Positions 1-12,100 of a DNA stretch of 64,000 nucleotides are shown here, piece after piece (the stretch's first letter is position 1; the number at the start of each line of letters is the position of its first letter). Both the position numbers and the translations under genes were made by a program. Below the pieces are notes generated by a model. It was not told the DNA's origin. It saw only the letters and a list, made by a program, of their open reading frames with translations, and did not search any database. The DNA is taken from assembly GCA_051294375.1 (NCBI GenBank), contig CM119270.1, positions 12,889,117 to 12,953,116 of the forward strand. Reading direction: 5' to 3'. This DNA is from Paraspadella gotoi. Taxonomy: Eukaryota > Animalia > Chaetognatha.

Positions 1-1079
1 GAGAGAGAGAGAGAGAGGGAGAGAGTCTTGTTTGTTTTATCATTATCGTTAATTTGTTATTGTCATAGTTATTACGAACTAATTGTGATGCATTCAATCA
101 AAAAAATATTCAAGTTAGTTACGCGATCATCATCATCATCAGCGTCGGCTGTCATCTTCGTCATCTTGACATTTGTCATCATTATCCGCCGTCAACGACG
201 ACTTCATTTTCTTCGAAAAGACACACTTGTTAAAATTAGAAGGGTTGACGTTTGACGAATCCTCTTCGACGTTATCATCGTTATCATCACGGTTGTCATC
301 ATCATCATCATCATATTCATCGAGAAGGACATCAGTTTGTACTTCGTTGTCATTTTCAGTAGCATCATTATCATCGGCTAATTTCTCAGTCCTGGATTTT
401 TTTTCGATTCACAATAGTGAATTTGATACTTTTGTCGTATTTTTAATATTAAAATGTCTTTTTTGTAATATTAAACCGTTTTGTCGTCTTTCACTTAAAA
501 TATGTTACAGTTAACTAGATATTATATCATATTTATTGTTTACATTGAGTAGTCGAATGCTCGTTATCTCAAAAATTCTTTTTTGCTAAATGCTTGTTCC
601 GGGCAAACCCCAAGCTTGACCTTCAGAGGGCACTGGGACTCAAAATCGAGTGCAAGAGACCGAGCAGAGAGCGAACGAAGACGGAGAGAGAGGAGAGAGA
701 GAGGAGAAAGAGAGAGAGAGAGATTTGAGAGAGAAAGAGAGAGACAGACCGGTTAGTAGTTAGAGAAGCGACCAAAACAGGATTATTGTAATAAAGCAGA
801 GAAAATAAAAAGGAGCGGGTTTCTCTTGAAACTCGGATTGTGTAATGGAATGAAAAGGGTGAGTGAAGGTGAGGAAGGGCGATGCCGGTTCCGGAATTCG
901 TCTGTCTGAATGAAGAGATCCAAGGCGAAAAAGAAGGGGATCAGTTTTTATATTAATTTCGTATTAAAGGGTTAGTACCAAGTTGACGGGATCTGATTTT
1001 AACTATTCGTTCATTTGGGATATCGCGAAAAATCGAAAGAGAGATTGAGAGAGAGAGTGAGAGAGAGAAGAGAGGAGGT

Positions 1080-1110
<31 letters not shown>

Positions 1111-2143
1111 AGAGAGGAGGAAAAAGAGGAAGAGGAAGAGAGAGAGAGAGAGGAAGTAAGAAGAGGTAGAGACGAGAGAAGAGAGAGAGAGAGAGAAAAA
1201 TGTTTTTCCACAATTTTATCTCAAGCTGATTGATAACCTACTTGATAAGCCGTTTTAATTAATTATAAAAATCTAAATATCTTATCTTGTTTTTCGTTCC
1301 GTAAGAATTCGCGTTTGAAATTCTTGAACAAAGATTCAATGCGCGATCAAATTCGCCCCTTTCTTTTTTTTTTTTTCTTTTTTCTAGTTTTGAGTAGTTC
1401 ACGCTTTTTCGATCACTCCGTAAATCACACGATTTAATCACAATCATTTACATAATGTCGATTAGCTGATTATCCTTGAAAGGAAAATAGTAATCTTAAC
1501 TTTTGTCACTTCTCAAGATTTCAACTCGGATCGATCCATCAAATTTCTTTCCGCTTTGATCCACAAATTGAAAATGTTTTCACTTTTATGTTTTCAGTTC
1601 TCACCGCACGAATGACTCGACCCTTGACGTGTGACGGACGATCCTGCCTTACTTCTCGCTTTACTCGTTACGAGATATATTTTAATAAGGAATCAAGATT
1701 TATTTTGTATGAGCTAGAAAAGATGATACTTATTTAATTCGTCATCTAAAATTATTAAAAATTACTCATTTACGAGATTTTATTTTTATTCCCTGTTTAG
1801 ACTTGTTTGTGTGTCTTTGCTTTCAATTCATTCGCATCTTTTTGTTTTCTTCCTTCATTGTCCTTTATTTTTTTCTTATTTAATATTCATATTCATATTC
1901 CACCAGTGCGTTTTATTATTCTTATCTCTCTTTCTTCTTCCTCTTTGACTTCTTCTTTTTTTCATTCTCTCCCCTTTTTCTCTCGCTTCCCTTCTAATAT
2001 TCTCCCTGTTACATATCATATCCGTTGTTTACTAGGACTTCAATTTGATTCTTAATGTCTCCCCCTAATCTCTCTTCCTCCTCGTTTTCTTCCTCCCTCT
2101 CCTCCCTCTCATCCTCCCNNNNNNNNNNNNNNNNNNNNNNNNN

Positions 2144-2176
2144 GAAAGGATCGAGTGAGATCGAACAAGAAAATAT

Positions 2177-2219
<43 letters not shown>

Positions 2220-2240
2220 AGAGAGAGATGGAGAGACGAG

Positions 2241-2272
<32 letters not shown>

Positions 2273-3620
2273 CCGTTCGCGGACGGTGAGTCGGGATCAC
2301 AACCAAATTCACGACGAATTCACAAAACGATTTTCGCCCCGAATTTTTTTTTTCTTCTTCGCGCGGATTTCAAGAATTTCGAGAGAGGGAGGAGAGGGGA
2401 GGAGGAGAGGGAGGAGGAGAGGGGACGAAGGAGAGGGAGAGAAAGAAGAAGAAGGAGGAGAGGGAGGAGGAGAGGAGAATGAGAAGGGAGGAAGGAAGGA
2501 TGAGAGAGGGAGGAGAGGGAGGATGAGAGGGAGGATGATAGAGGAGAGGAGAGGGAGGAGGAGAGGGAGGAAGAGAAGGGAGGAGGAGGGAGAATGAGAA
2601 GGAAGGAGAGGGAGGCAGGAGAGGGAGGATTGATAGGGAGTGAGAACAAGGAGGAGGAAGGAGGATCGAGAGGGAGAGAGGAGGAAGGAAGAAAACGAGG
2701 TAGGCCACAGCAAGGAGCATGCATTAGGGGTCTAAGGCGACAATTATTTAAGATTACAGAAAATTCATTAGATTTATCATTTGTTTCTGCATGAAGCATT
2801 AATATTTATCAATGCATAAACAAAATGAAAAAAACTTTTATTATAAAAAATTTATTTTTAAGAACAGAGTCACGATAGCTCCATAATAAAGATTATCTCA
2901 ACGTAACACAAAGTATGATATTAATACGCTGAGAGCTTAGTTTCAGATATAATTCAATTGGATAAGTGTGTAGGAAGGAAGCGCCAACAAAGGAAAAGAC
3001 GTCTTTAAAATCAGTTGTTCAGTATCAGTCAAGATATCGTACCTAGTAATTTTGATGATAGTTTTTTGCTTAATTTAAGCAATTAAACAAACAATTTGGG
3101 AAAATCAATGTCAGTAATATTTTTATTTATTTTGTAATGCGAATACACCGAAAATCCGACTATTTAAAAAATCTGCATATATAGGGAAAAAAAATATTTC
3201 CTAAGATTTATAGGAATACGATAAACTTTAAAATTCTATGTTATTAAGACTGTATATAAAAATCTTAGAGAGTGTGGGAAGTTTCGTTGAAGACAAGCGA
3301 GAATATTCCCACAGGGATGGCAGATATCTAACGCTAAGAATAATTAAAACTTACTATTAGCAAGAACTCTACTAGTTTTTTACTGTTCGTACATGAAGCA
3401 TTAAATATATCAATGCAATAGACAATTGAAAAAAACGGTTTTATATAAAGAATTTATTTTTAAGAAGCAATCAGAATAGTGCCATAAAAATAGTTTTCAT
3501 ATCACAAGTTATAACTCGTTTTTAATTATTTCAATATAAAAGTGTACGAGGATGACCATACATCTCTAAGGAAAAAAACTTCTATTAAACAGCGATACAA
3601 ATCATAAGTCGTACCCCATC
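2144..3620 (+). repeat. Block directly repeated at ~38640-40132
   Basis: Both copies start (g)aaaggatcgagtgagatcgaac and end gtcgtaccccat. The last ~900 bp look identical by eye, and each copy abuts a 25-N gap. Confidence 0.9.
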
Positions 3621-4726
3621 CTCTTCACTCACGATCTTTTTTTTCTCTTCATCAATAAAACTATTTATTTTTTTTTTACGTTTCCAAAAAGATTTTTTTG
3701 AAAAAAAAACGCAGTGGATTTTTTATCACTGGTTGAACTACATCAGGACCTAAAGACGATTTCACGATATGACAAATATAATTTCGTCGTGTTGTAAGAA
3801 AAAATTTATATCAATTTTAATGCCGCTATATTCCTTTATTTTGATATTTTATGACATTAAATTCCAACGTCTACAATAAAATTCACATATCTCTCATCTC
3901 TCGCCAACGAAAAAATCTTTTAAAAAATGTAAAAAAAATACTGTCAGTAAAATAAAACAGATACGGTTTATAAATGAAATATTTTATCGAGTTTAACTTT
4001 AACATATTTTAATGAAAAATATAAACGTCTGCGATTTGTGAGGCGCTGATCGGTGCAAACTTTTTTTTCAAGTTTTTCTTCCGTTTCGTGATTTTACAAA
4101 TTTTTATTTTCAACCTCTTAATCTCGGATTTCTCAACTGAATTTTCCTTCGTTTTAAAAAAAAATGTTACCTAAATTCTTCAAAAACTGGTTCTTTTCGA
4201 CGTGCTCTTGTGCAACTGTATACATAATTTTATAAAATCTAATTGATATCAATAATTAAAATATCTCGCCAACCAATCTTTTTGTTATCTTAATATTTTT
4301 CATCAGCTTAACTCTTCTAGTAATAATTCAACTACACTAATTTCTTTCTCTAATTTCTCATTTCTTCAACTGATTTCATATATGTCTTTCTATCTTCCTA
4401 ACGAAGTCAAGATTTTCTCTCCTAATTTTAAAATTCACATTTTTTCCCCTCAAAATTGTCATCTTCCTCCTCTCACTTCCCATAATCTGTCTCACTCCCA
4501 AACATTCTCTCCTCACCCATTTCAATTTCACGATTTCTTCTCACGTCTCACTTCATTCTTCATCTCACTTACTCTTTCTCACTTACTTACTCCCTTCGAT
4601 CCTTCTCCCTCACTTCGCCACGCCCTTTAATTATTTCCCACTCATCTAAATCTTTCAACTCACCCTCATCGATCTTCACCTCTCACCTCGACCTCACCCC
4701 CTGGAATCGACCCCCCGGCCTTTCAG

Positions 4727-4812
4727 CTCCCAGAATCGATGGTGGAATCTCGTTAAACTTCGGAGGAGGCGATTTTGCGGAAGACTCCCCGCTGCTGGGA
4801 CTTTCGTCGTAG
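4727..4812 (+). CDS. Candidate short terminal exon
   Basis: tttcag is the first AG after ~310 AG-free pyrimidine-rich nt; phase 1 reading PRIDGGISLNFGGGDFAEDSPLLGLSS-stop; no homology recognised. Confidence 0.25.
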
Positions 4813-5661
4813 TCGTCGTTATCCCAATTTTTCCCCCCCGTTTCTCGTCTCCCCACCCCCTTTACCCTCAACCCTAACCCCCCTCCCTTTCCACCCCCCG
4901 TCATTTAAATTTACGACGACGTCTCCGGCGATCGCCGGAGCCTCTTCCTCCCTCCCGCTCATGAAGAAAATCGACCAATAAGGAAACGGAATAGGAAACG
5001 AAACGGACCAATCGACGCCCTTTAAATATAAAAATCTCCTTTCGAAATTAAATCGATTTTAAACTTGAAACGATGACGACGACGACTTCTATCTTCGTCG
5101 TCGTCGTCGTCGTCGTCGTAGTCTCTTTGGCGGAAGTGGCGTTGGCTCAGTGGGGAGGTTTCGACGACAGGAGGGGTAAGGAAGAAGGAGCTGGTAAGGG
5201 AAGGGGGAGATGGAAAAGGGTGTGGAATGATTGGGGCGGGGGTGAAAATGGTGAGACTGGTGAGTGATTGAGTCAATCGGAGGTGAGAGCGAGTGAATTG
5301 ATCGAATCTGGTTGAATAGGGTGAGTTTAATGGTAAGGTTAGATGAGAGAATACCGGGTCGGGGAGAATTAGAAGATAGCGCTTGCAGGTTCTCTTCCTG
5401 ATCAAAGAATACGACAGAATCTGATGTGAGGAGCAAATCATAATTATTCTCAAATTTGACGTCGTCGTCGTCTTCGTCGTCGTCGTCGACGAAAGGCTTA
5501 CAGGTCCCTTAATGGTTTTTCGTTAAAATATTTATACAAGCTTTTTTAAGTTTCTTTGGGTCTTAATCCCAATCTACGGTAGATTGGAAGCGGCAAAAAA
5601 AAATAAATACCTCTCTCTCTCTCTCTCTCTCTTCTCTCCTCTCTGTCCTCTCTCTCTTTCT

Positions 5662-5700
<39 letters not shown>

Positions 5701-5829
5701 CTCTCTCTCCTCTCTCTGATAAAAACATGGCGGCTCTGACATTCCATTCCAGACGACATCGAATTTTAATTGAACTTAATCGAAGTTAAATAGATTTACT
5801 TTGCCCGTGTATTTTCTCAGTCACTCTCT

Positions 5830-5915
<86 letters not shown>

Positions 5916-8848
5916 TCTAAACTTTTTTTAAAAAAATTTTAAAAATTTTAAAATTGGATTCACATCGTAACAAGCATCTGACACCTTTGCGAGAAGACAA
6001 GAGGGAGAAGAAGAAATGGAACAGAGAGTTAAAAAAAAAAGGTAAAAAAATGTAAGTTATGTATTTTTCTCGAGGCATCCTTTTTTTTCATAAAAAAGAA
6101 AACTATCTCTTTAACATAATAATCTGTAAAAAAAAAATCAATGATCGAATCTTCGAATAAATGAATATTGAATGTCTCTGAATGTCAAGGATTATGCAGT
6201 GCTAAGGATAAAGCTGATTTCGTCCTCTTTTGGTCTCAAATGTGAGACCTTCTCTTTTGAGTAAATCTCCCGAGTGAAGACCCTTGATTGAGACTGGGTT
6301 AGATACTTTAGTTGTTTTTTTAAGTCCTTAATAAAGAGCATTATACTAAACATTTGTGCGAGAACGCGGTTGTATATTTTATTACTAACAAAAGGATAAA
6401 GTTCGACCATTCAACTTTTAAAAAAATATTCTTTATCTCTCTCTCTCTCTCTCTCTCTCTCCCCCTTTCATTTTTTCTCTCTTTGTCTCTCTCCCTCCTT
6501 CCTTTCTTCGTCCCCCCCCCCACTTTTTTTTAGCTCTTTTCACTCTTTTTTACAAACCTTTTTTTTTCGCATTTAATCCAGTCTTCACTTTTTTTTCTCG
6601 CAAATATTTTTTTTTCTCGAAAGATAATGGCGTAGAATCTCTCACCGGGAAGGGAAATCTTAGGTTTGAGACTCCGTTTAAATAATAAGTTTTAAACAGA
6701 AGGTTTTGAGTTCCCTAAAATCAATATTATTCTTACAATCGCCTCTATTTGAAAACCTTAAAAGGGAAGGAGAAGCGACCTTTTCATTAGGTTGTTAGGG
6801 AGAGAGAGAGAGAGAGAGAGAGACTTGTGTGTGTGTGTGTGTCTAATTTGAACAAACATCCTCAAAATGCTATCTCAGATTAGCTGCTTCGATAGAAACG
6901 GAAGTGTTTCTATGCCCCAAAGTTAAGCATCGATGCTGAAATATTTAATGTATAATTGTGTATCGTTTCAGTGAACCGCTTTGACCAATGTACAGTTAAA
7001 ATAATGGCGTACATATCTTCCATCGCCGATTTGTTGGGCATCTTCCATGCAAAGTGAGAGATTGAGTTGTTTCGGTGAAGAACCTGGCTTCACTCAAATC
7101 ACTCAACTTTCTGTTTTGAATCAAATCCAAAGTAAAAGATCAAAGAAAACTTGAATCGATCGTCGGAAAAAAAAACGATCTCACTGTATCTCTCGCTTTT
7201 CACTCAGTGGTTACCGTTAAGCACCATGAAAACGGGGTTTCTACGTGTACCCATTATTTTAATTATAATCATTATACATTGAGGAATTTATGACCGGTAA
7301 AACGGTTAAGGGGACTCAGTTTTTAAAGCTTACTAAAACTTTTAAGTGTTCTTGATAGAAGAGAGAGGCTTTAAAGTAACCCTTATCTTAAATTTCTCTC
7401 TCTGATTTCTTTAAATAAGGTAGACTAGGTCATCGGAGTCGTTCATGAGAATCACGAACTGAGAGAGAAAAACTCTTTAAACATTTCCTTATACAGAATT
7501 ATTTATATAGTCAAAGTATACTAATGCGAAATCCTTTCTACCTTCTCCTTTTATTATGTCCTCTTTCGAAGATAAAAAAAATACTAAACTTAATATATTT
7601 TTTAAAAAAAGTCTCAGACTCTTCGCGTCTGTAAAATATATCTTATCCTTTGAAGATAAAACTTTTTTTAATAAAGAAAAAGGATGTTTGAGCGGCAGAC
7701 TTTTAAAGAGATACATGCCGACGCTGTCACTCGCACACTCTAAGAATACACGCACGCACTTTAACACACACAACACTCACTCCCAAATGGAATGCTCTAA
7801 CCCGGCATTCTTGGTTGTTGTTGTAATAAATTAATTTGATTTTCCCGGGTTACCGTCGGGGCCAAAACCTCTCGTCCGTTAAAATCGCTCAATTAGGGGA
7901 CCGTTTTGACATTTATTGTCTCTCACCGGCATTCCGAAGGGATTATCTCTATTTTCTTTCTCTCTTCTTTGTTTTCTTTTTCAGTTGTTTTTTTCCGTTG
8001 TTCTTTGTTTTTTTTTCCGCTGTTTTTAAATGACAATTTGATGTTATTTCATCATTTTTTTTCCCTCGAGAAAGGTTTTTTTATATCAACAAACCTTCTT
8101 TATCATTCGTATAATCGTGAATTCCGCAAGTGAAAGATATTGTTTGTCAAGATTGTTGATGCATTTTTTCTATCTTTTCTTAATTTTAATACCAAATTTT
8201 ATCGAGTAAACAAATAATAAAACTGCCTCCAAACGTAAACAAAAAGAAAAAAAAATTGAGTTTCAGTTCCCCCCTTTTTTTTTCTTTAGTCCTCGTCCCT
8301 GTTCGATGTGGGTCTCTCTTGGAAATGCTTGGCAAATGCTTGGAATTCTTTTGAGGGCTTTTGATTCCTACTATTGGCTTCTTTAAAAGAAAAGCATTCC
8401 ATTACAAATTCTTCGTTGTTCAATTTCACCAGACTGTCCCAGATTGTACCACACTGCCATAGTTGGGATATTTAATAGAAAATAATCTTTGAATAGATAT
8501 TTGTATATTTGTCGTGCTTGTACCGTTTCTTTAAAAAAGCTTGGACATTCTTGTAACCAATTCAATTCTATACAACTTGAATAAACTTAAAATTGTGTAA
8601 TTATTGACTTTTTAAACGTTTAGGATTTATTGATAATTTCTAATCGTTTCAATGAGATCAATTTCTCTTTCAAACTTCGACTTTTAAATCTTAAAGTATT
8701 TGAAATAACAAAATGACCATAATGACTTTGAAGACGATGACAACGAAAGGGACAACGACGTACGAGATGTAAATCTGTCTGTCATCTGACAACCAAATAT
8801 TTCTTTAGAGATTTGAGCCACATAACCGACTGAAGGAAGGCTGGACGG

Positions 8849-9113
8849 TAGAGTGTTCAAATATAACATAATATAAGATATTAAATTCCATTCATAATTA
8901 TTTTATTGTTATAAGGTCTGAAGAATTCGATCGTGATGACCATTTTTTTGTATAATTTTATCTTTCTTGTCGGAAATGACGATTTTCAATGTATATAAAA
9001 TGCTAATAAAATAGGGCAAACATTATAAGTTATGATAAATCAAATTATTATTTTTTTAAAAAAAATTACATGTGCTTTTGAAATATAAAAATAAAGACCT
9101 ATAAAAATATTTT
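8849..9113. mobile_element. One arm of the same MITE as 32019-33053, truncated by an assembly gap
   Basis: ctggacgg|tagagtgttcaaatataac; matches the reverse complement of 32785-33051. Confidence 0.7.
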
Positions 9114-12100
9114 NNNNNNNNNNNNNNNNNNNNNNNNNGGGAATTAATTTATGATAGGTTAGGGAATTAGGGTTAAGGATGAGGGATTTAAGGCAAGGGA
9201 TAAGGCATTAGAAATTTTCTGGTTTTTAGGGATTTTAGCGTGGGATTTAGGGATAAGCAGTTTAGAAAGAGAGAGAGAGAGAGAGAGCTATATTCGAATA
9301 CTTGTACCGTATGTCTATGGACAGTCTCTCTCATCTCTCTCTCTCTCTCTCTCTTCTTTTTCACAGGTTAGTTTGCCTATAAGTTTACAAATTCTATAAA
9401 CATTGATGATGGTGTGAATTACAATACCGAAACATTGGTCCGTTATAAAATTAAAAAAATTGTTGTTGAATATCAAATTCTTTTTTTTTGCATTATTTAT
9501 TCATAATCGATTTTTTCTGATATGATAAAAACAAAAGTTTGGGGAGACCGACGGACCGACAACGTTGAAGTAATTAAAGTAATGAATAACAAAAGTCGGG
9601 TATAAATATTGTTAATGTGTTTATTACAAGATCGTAAAATTTAAAAAAATAAATATTTATCTATATTGGTTAAACGCATGGAAGCTATTTTATATTATCC
9701 AAATACTATATAATGTTCCAAAATCTTTTTTATTAAATTCTAATTTTTTAACTGATTCTGATAGAGCTGAAAAGTTAGAAGAAGGTTATTATTACAACTT
9801 TTGAAATTTTAATTATTTGTCTATGAAAATTAAACAAAAACTATTAATTTAAAATGGGATTGAAATGATTATTGTTGAAGATGCCGTTGCCTCATCTGTT
9901 TATTTTGCTCATCATGATTCGTTTTCTTACATTTGTCTACTCAGCCTATCTACCTTTCTATGCTCTTTACCTTTTCCACTATCGTTTCACAGAGAGACCA
10001 GTCACTGTGAGAACTCAACCCATTCCTAAAAAGGCGACCTTTTTACAGGGACCTGAGGCACGTGCCATCAGTCACGATTTTGTCACCACTTGTAGGCAGA
10101 TTCATTGACGTCTTGTAACGGCAATTAGACTTCTGTGGTGTCCCATACTCTGATGGACTTGTGACAACTGACTGAGGCAGTACAAAGAGGCTGACACCCT
10201 CGCCGACAAAGGGTCTCGGCGTCACTCGCAACGGCAGCCACCAAAGGGGCGCTGGATGCGGCCGTGCCACTTCCGGCGACGAGGGAAGTTGACGGCAGTC
10301 TTCCCCAGTAAGTTCGCGATGGGTCATAGGATGGAAATACACCTGGCAAGGCAGGCTGACTACTAGTTCCTTCAACAATTGATTGATTGATAATTTTTTA
10401 AGCGTTTTTTCCGGTAGACATTGTGTTTAATCCTTTCTTTTTTTGTTGTTTTGTTGAATTAGAAGAAACGAAATTTCGTGGAACACAAAATAAATTTTAT
10501 TTAGCATTAAAAGTTAGAGTTCGGCTTTGTTCTTTCAAGCCTTTTCATCAGCAATTGAGAAAGACACAAAAATTTTTACAAACATTGAGTTGAATTGAGA
10601 GAGAGAGAGAGAGAGAAGATGAGAGAGAGAGAGAGTTTCCAACAAAAGGAATTTAGTAAGGGACAGTGGTCAGATGTGGAGAATAGGTGAAGATGAGGAC
10701 AGGGATTGAAGAGTGAAGTAAAAGTTCTAATTTTCTTAACCCGATTTATCATTAAATATTTTTAAAATTGGTAGTACTTACCTTTATCTAACTTTTAATT
10801 CTTTATCAGAATTCTATTTTAAAAAAAAATAATTTTTAAATATTAAACTTTGTCTAATTTATTCACGTTGCCATAATATTATTTTATTATCTCTCAATCA
10901 ATCCTTTCTCTCTGATCAATTTCTTAATTCAATCTTTTTTTCTCCTTCAATCTCAAATTTTCTTTTCTCTCCATCAAACTCTCACTCTCTCTTCCTTTCT
11001 CTTTATCAATCCCAATCAATCTTTCTTTCTCCTCATCAATCTCACATTGAAATGTCATCTTTCCATTAATCTCTCACTCATTATTTTTATTACTATTTCA
11101 CACTGACCCCCCCAAACTTTTTTCAAAACAAAAAAACCCCCTCCAATAAAAAAAAAAAACCTTTAAAAAAAACTTAAAAAAAGCAGCGATGCCAAATTTT
11201 TTCAGACTTTGACAACAACACTGGGGAACTCGTTAATGATTTAAATGAAGCAAAGCGCTTAAATAATATTTTGGGTCTTGTTATCTTTGTTAGGATTATT
11301 TCAAGACATGTCGCACCTTACCTATATTGGTAAGTTGCATAACAGCGGTCCTTCTTTTTGTCTTTTTGCCGAGGCAGGGACGTTGGAACAAGAAAACTTT
11401 TGAAAAGGGGACTATTCTTATTTTGTGAACATAAAAGATTTAATTAATTCAATCATTTTTCTTTCCAAAATTTACCACTCATATTTATTTGACCTATCAT
11501 TAGCCTATTTTATAAAATTCTAACTCGACAGAATGAATACTATTGAGTATATAGAATTTATCCAGAACTGACTGATCTTTTTATGATTTTTTTAATAATA
11601 ACGATCAAAATCATTGAAAGTTTAAAAAAAAAAAAGATTTCAAATTAAAAATATATCTTTTTTCAATGCATATCTTTTTTTTGCGGAAAGTGAGTTGGTT
11701 GCAAGTTTTGGTGGTCTTAAAATTTTGTGGTTATTTGGATTAGAATGCAAAATTTTCATTGAATTAATATTCATTCCAATCAGTTTTTATTAAGCTTTAA
11801 AAAAAGGTTGATTTTTTACAATTTTTTTGTCCACTTTGTAAATAATTATCTTCTTGTTTTGGTAAAAAATATTTTTTAAATGTGAAGTTATTGAATCAAG
11901 ATAGTTTCTACTTTGGACTGGTACTGAGACAATTTCAGATTTTAAAACATATATATTAGCATTTCCTTTTTTTGACAAATTATAAAAAGATTTTCATTAG
12001 TTTAAACAAATTTTTTTAATGATAAAGTAATTATTACAACAATTCTCACGAGAGTAGGAGAAATTGTTGTGTATCCAAATTTTTTAAAATTGAACTCTTT

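Larger units (their letters stand above)
3625..9113 (+). repeat. Copy 1 of a ~5 kb block (direct copy ~12470-17495, inverted copy ~32780-38640)
   Basis: Colinear landmarks in all three copies, e.g. ctgcgatttgtgaggcgct, aatctacggtagattgg, gattatgcagtgctaaggataaagctg, gagatttgagccacat. Confidence 0.92.

Noticed and set aside
953-2799. Numerous ORFs rich in RE/SL/LSL repeats (also ~5.5 kb, 14 kb, 36-39 kb, 55 kb, 62 kb)
   Set aside because: They are translations of GA/CT microsatellites and purine tracts, which lack stop codons by composition.
9150-9260. TTAGGG-like words as an interstitial telomere
   Set aside because: Only a few scattered, degenerate units in low-quality sequence directly beside a gap.
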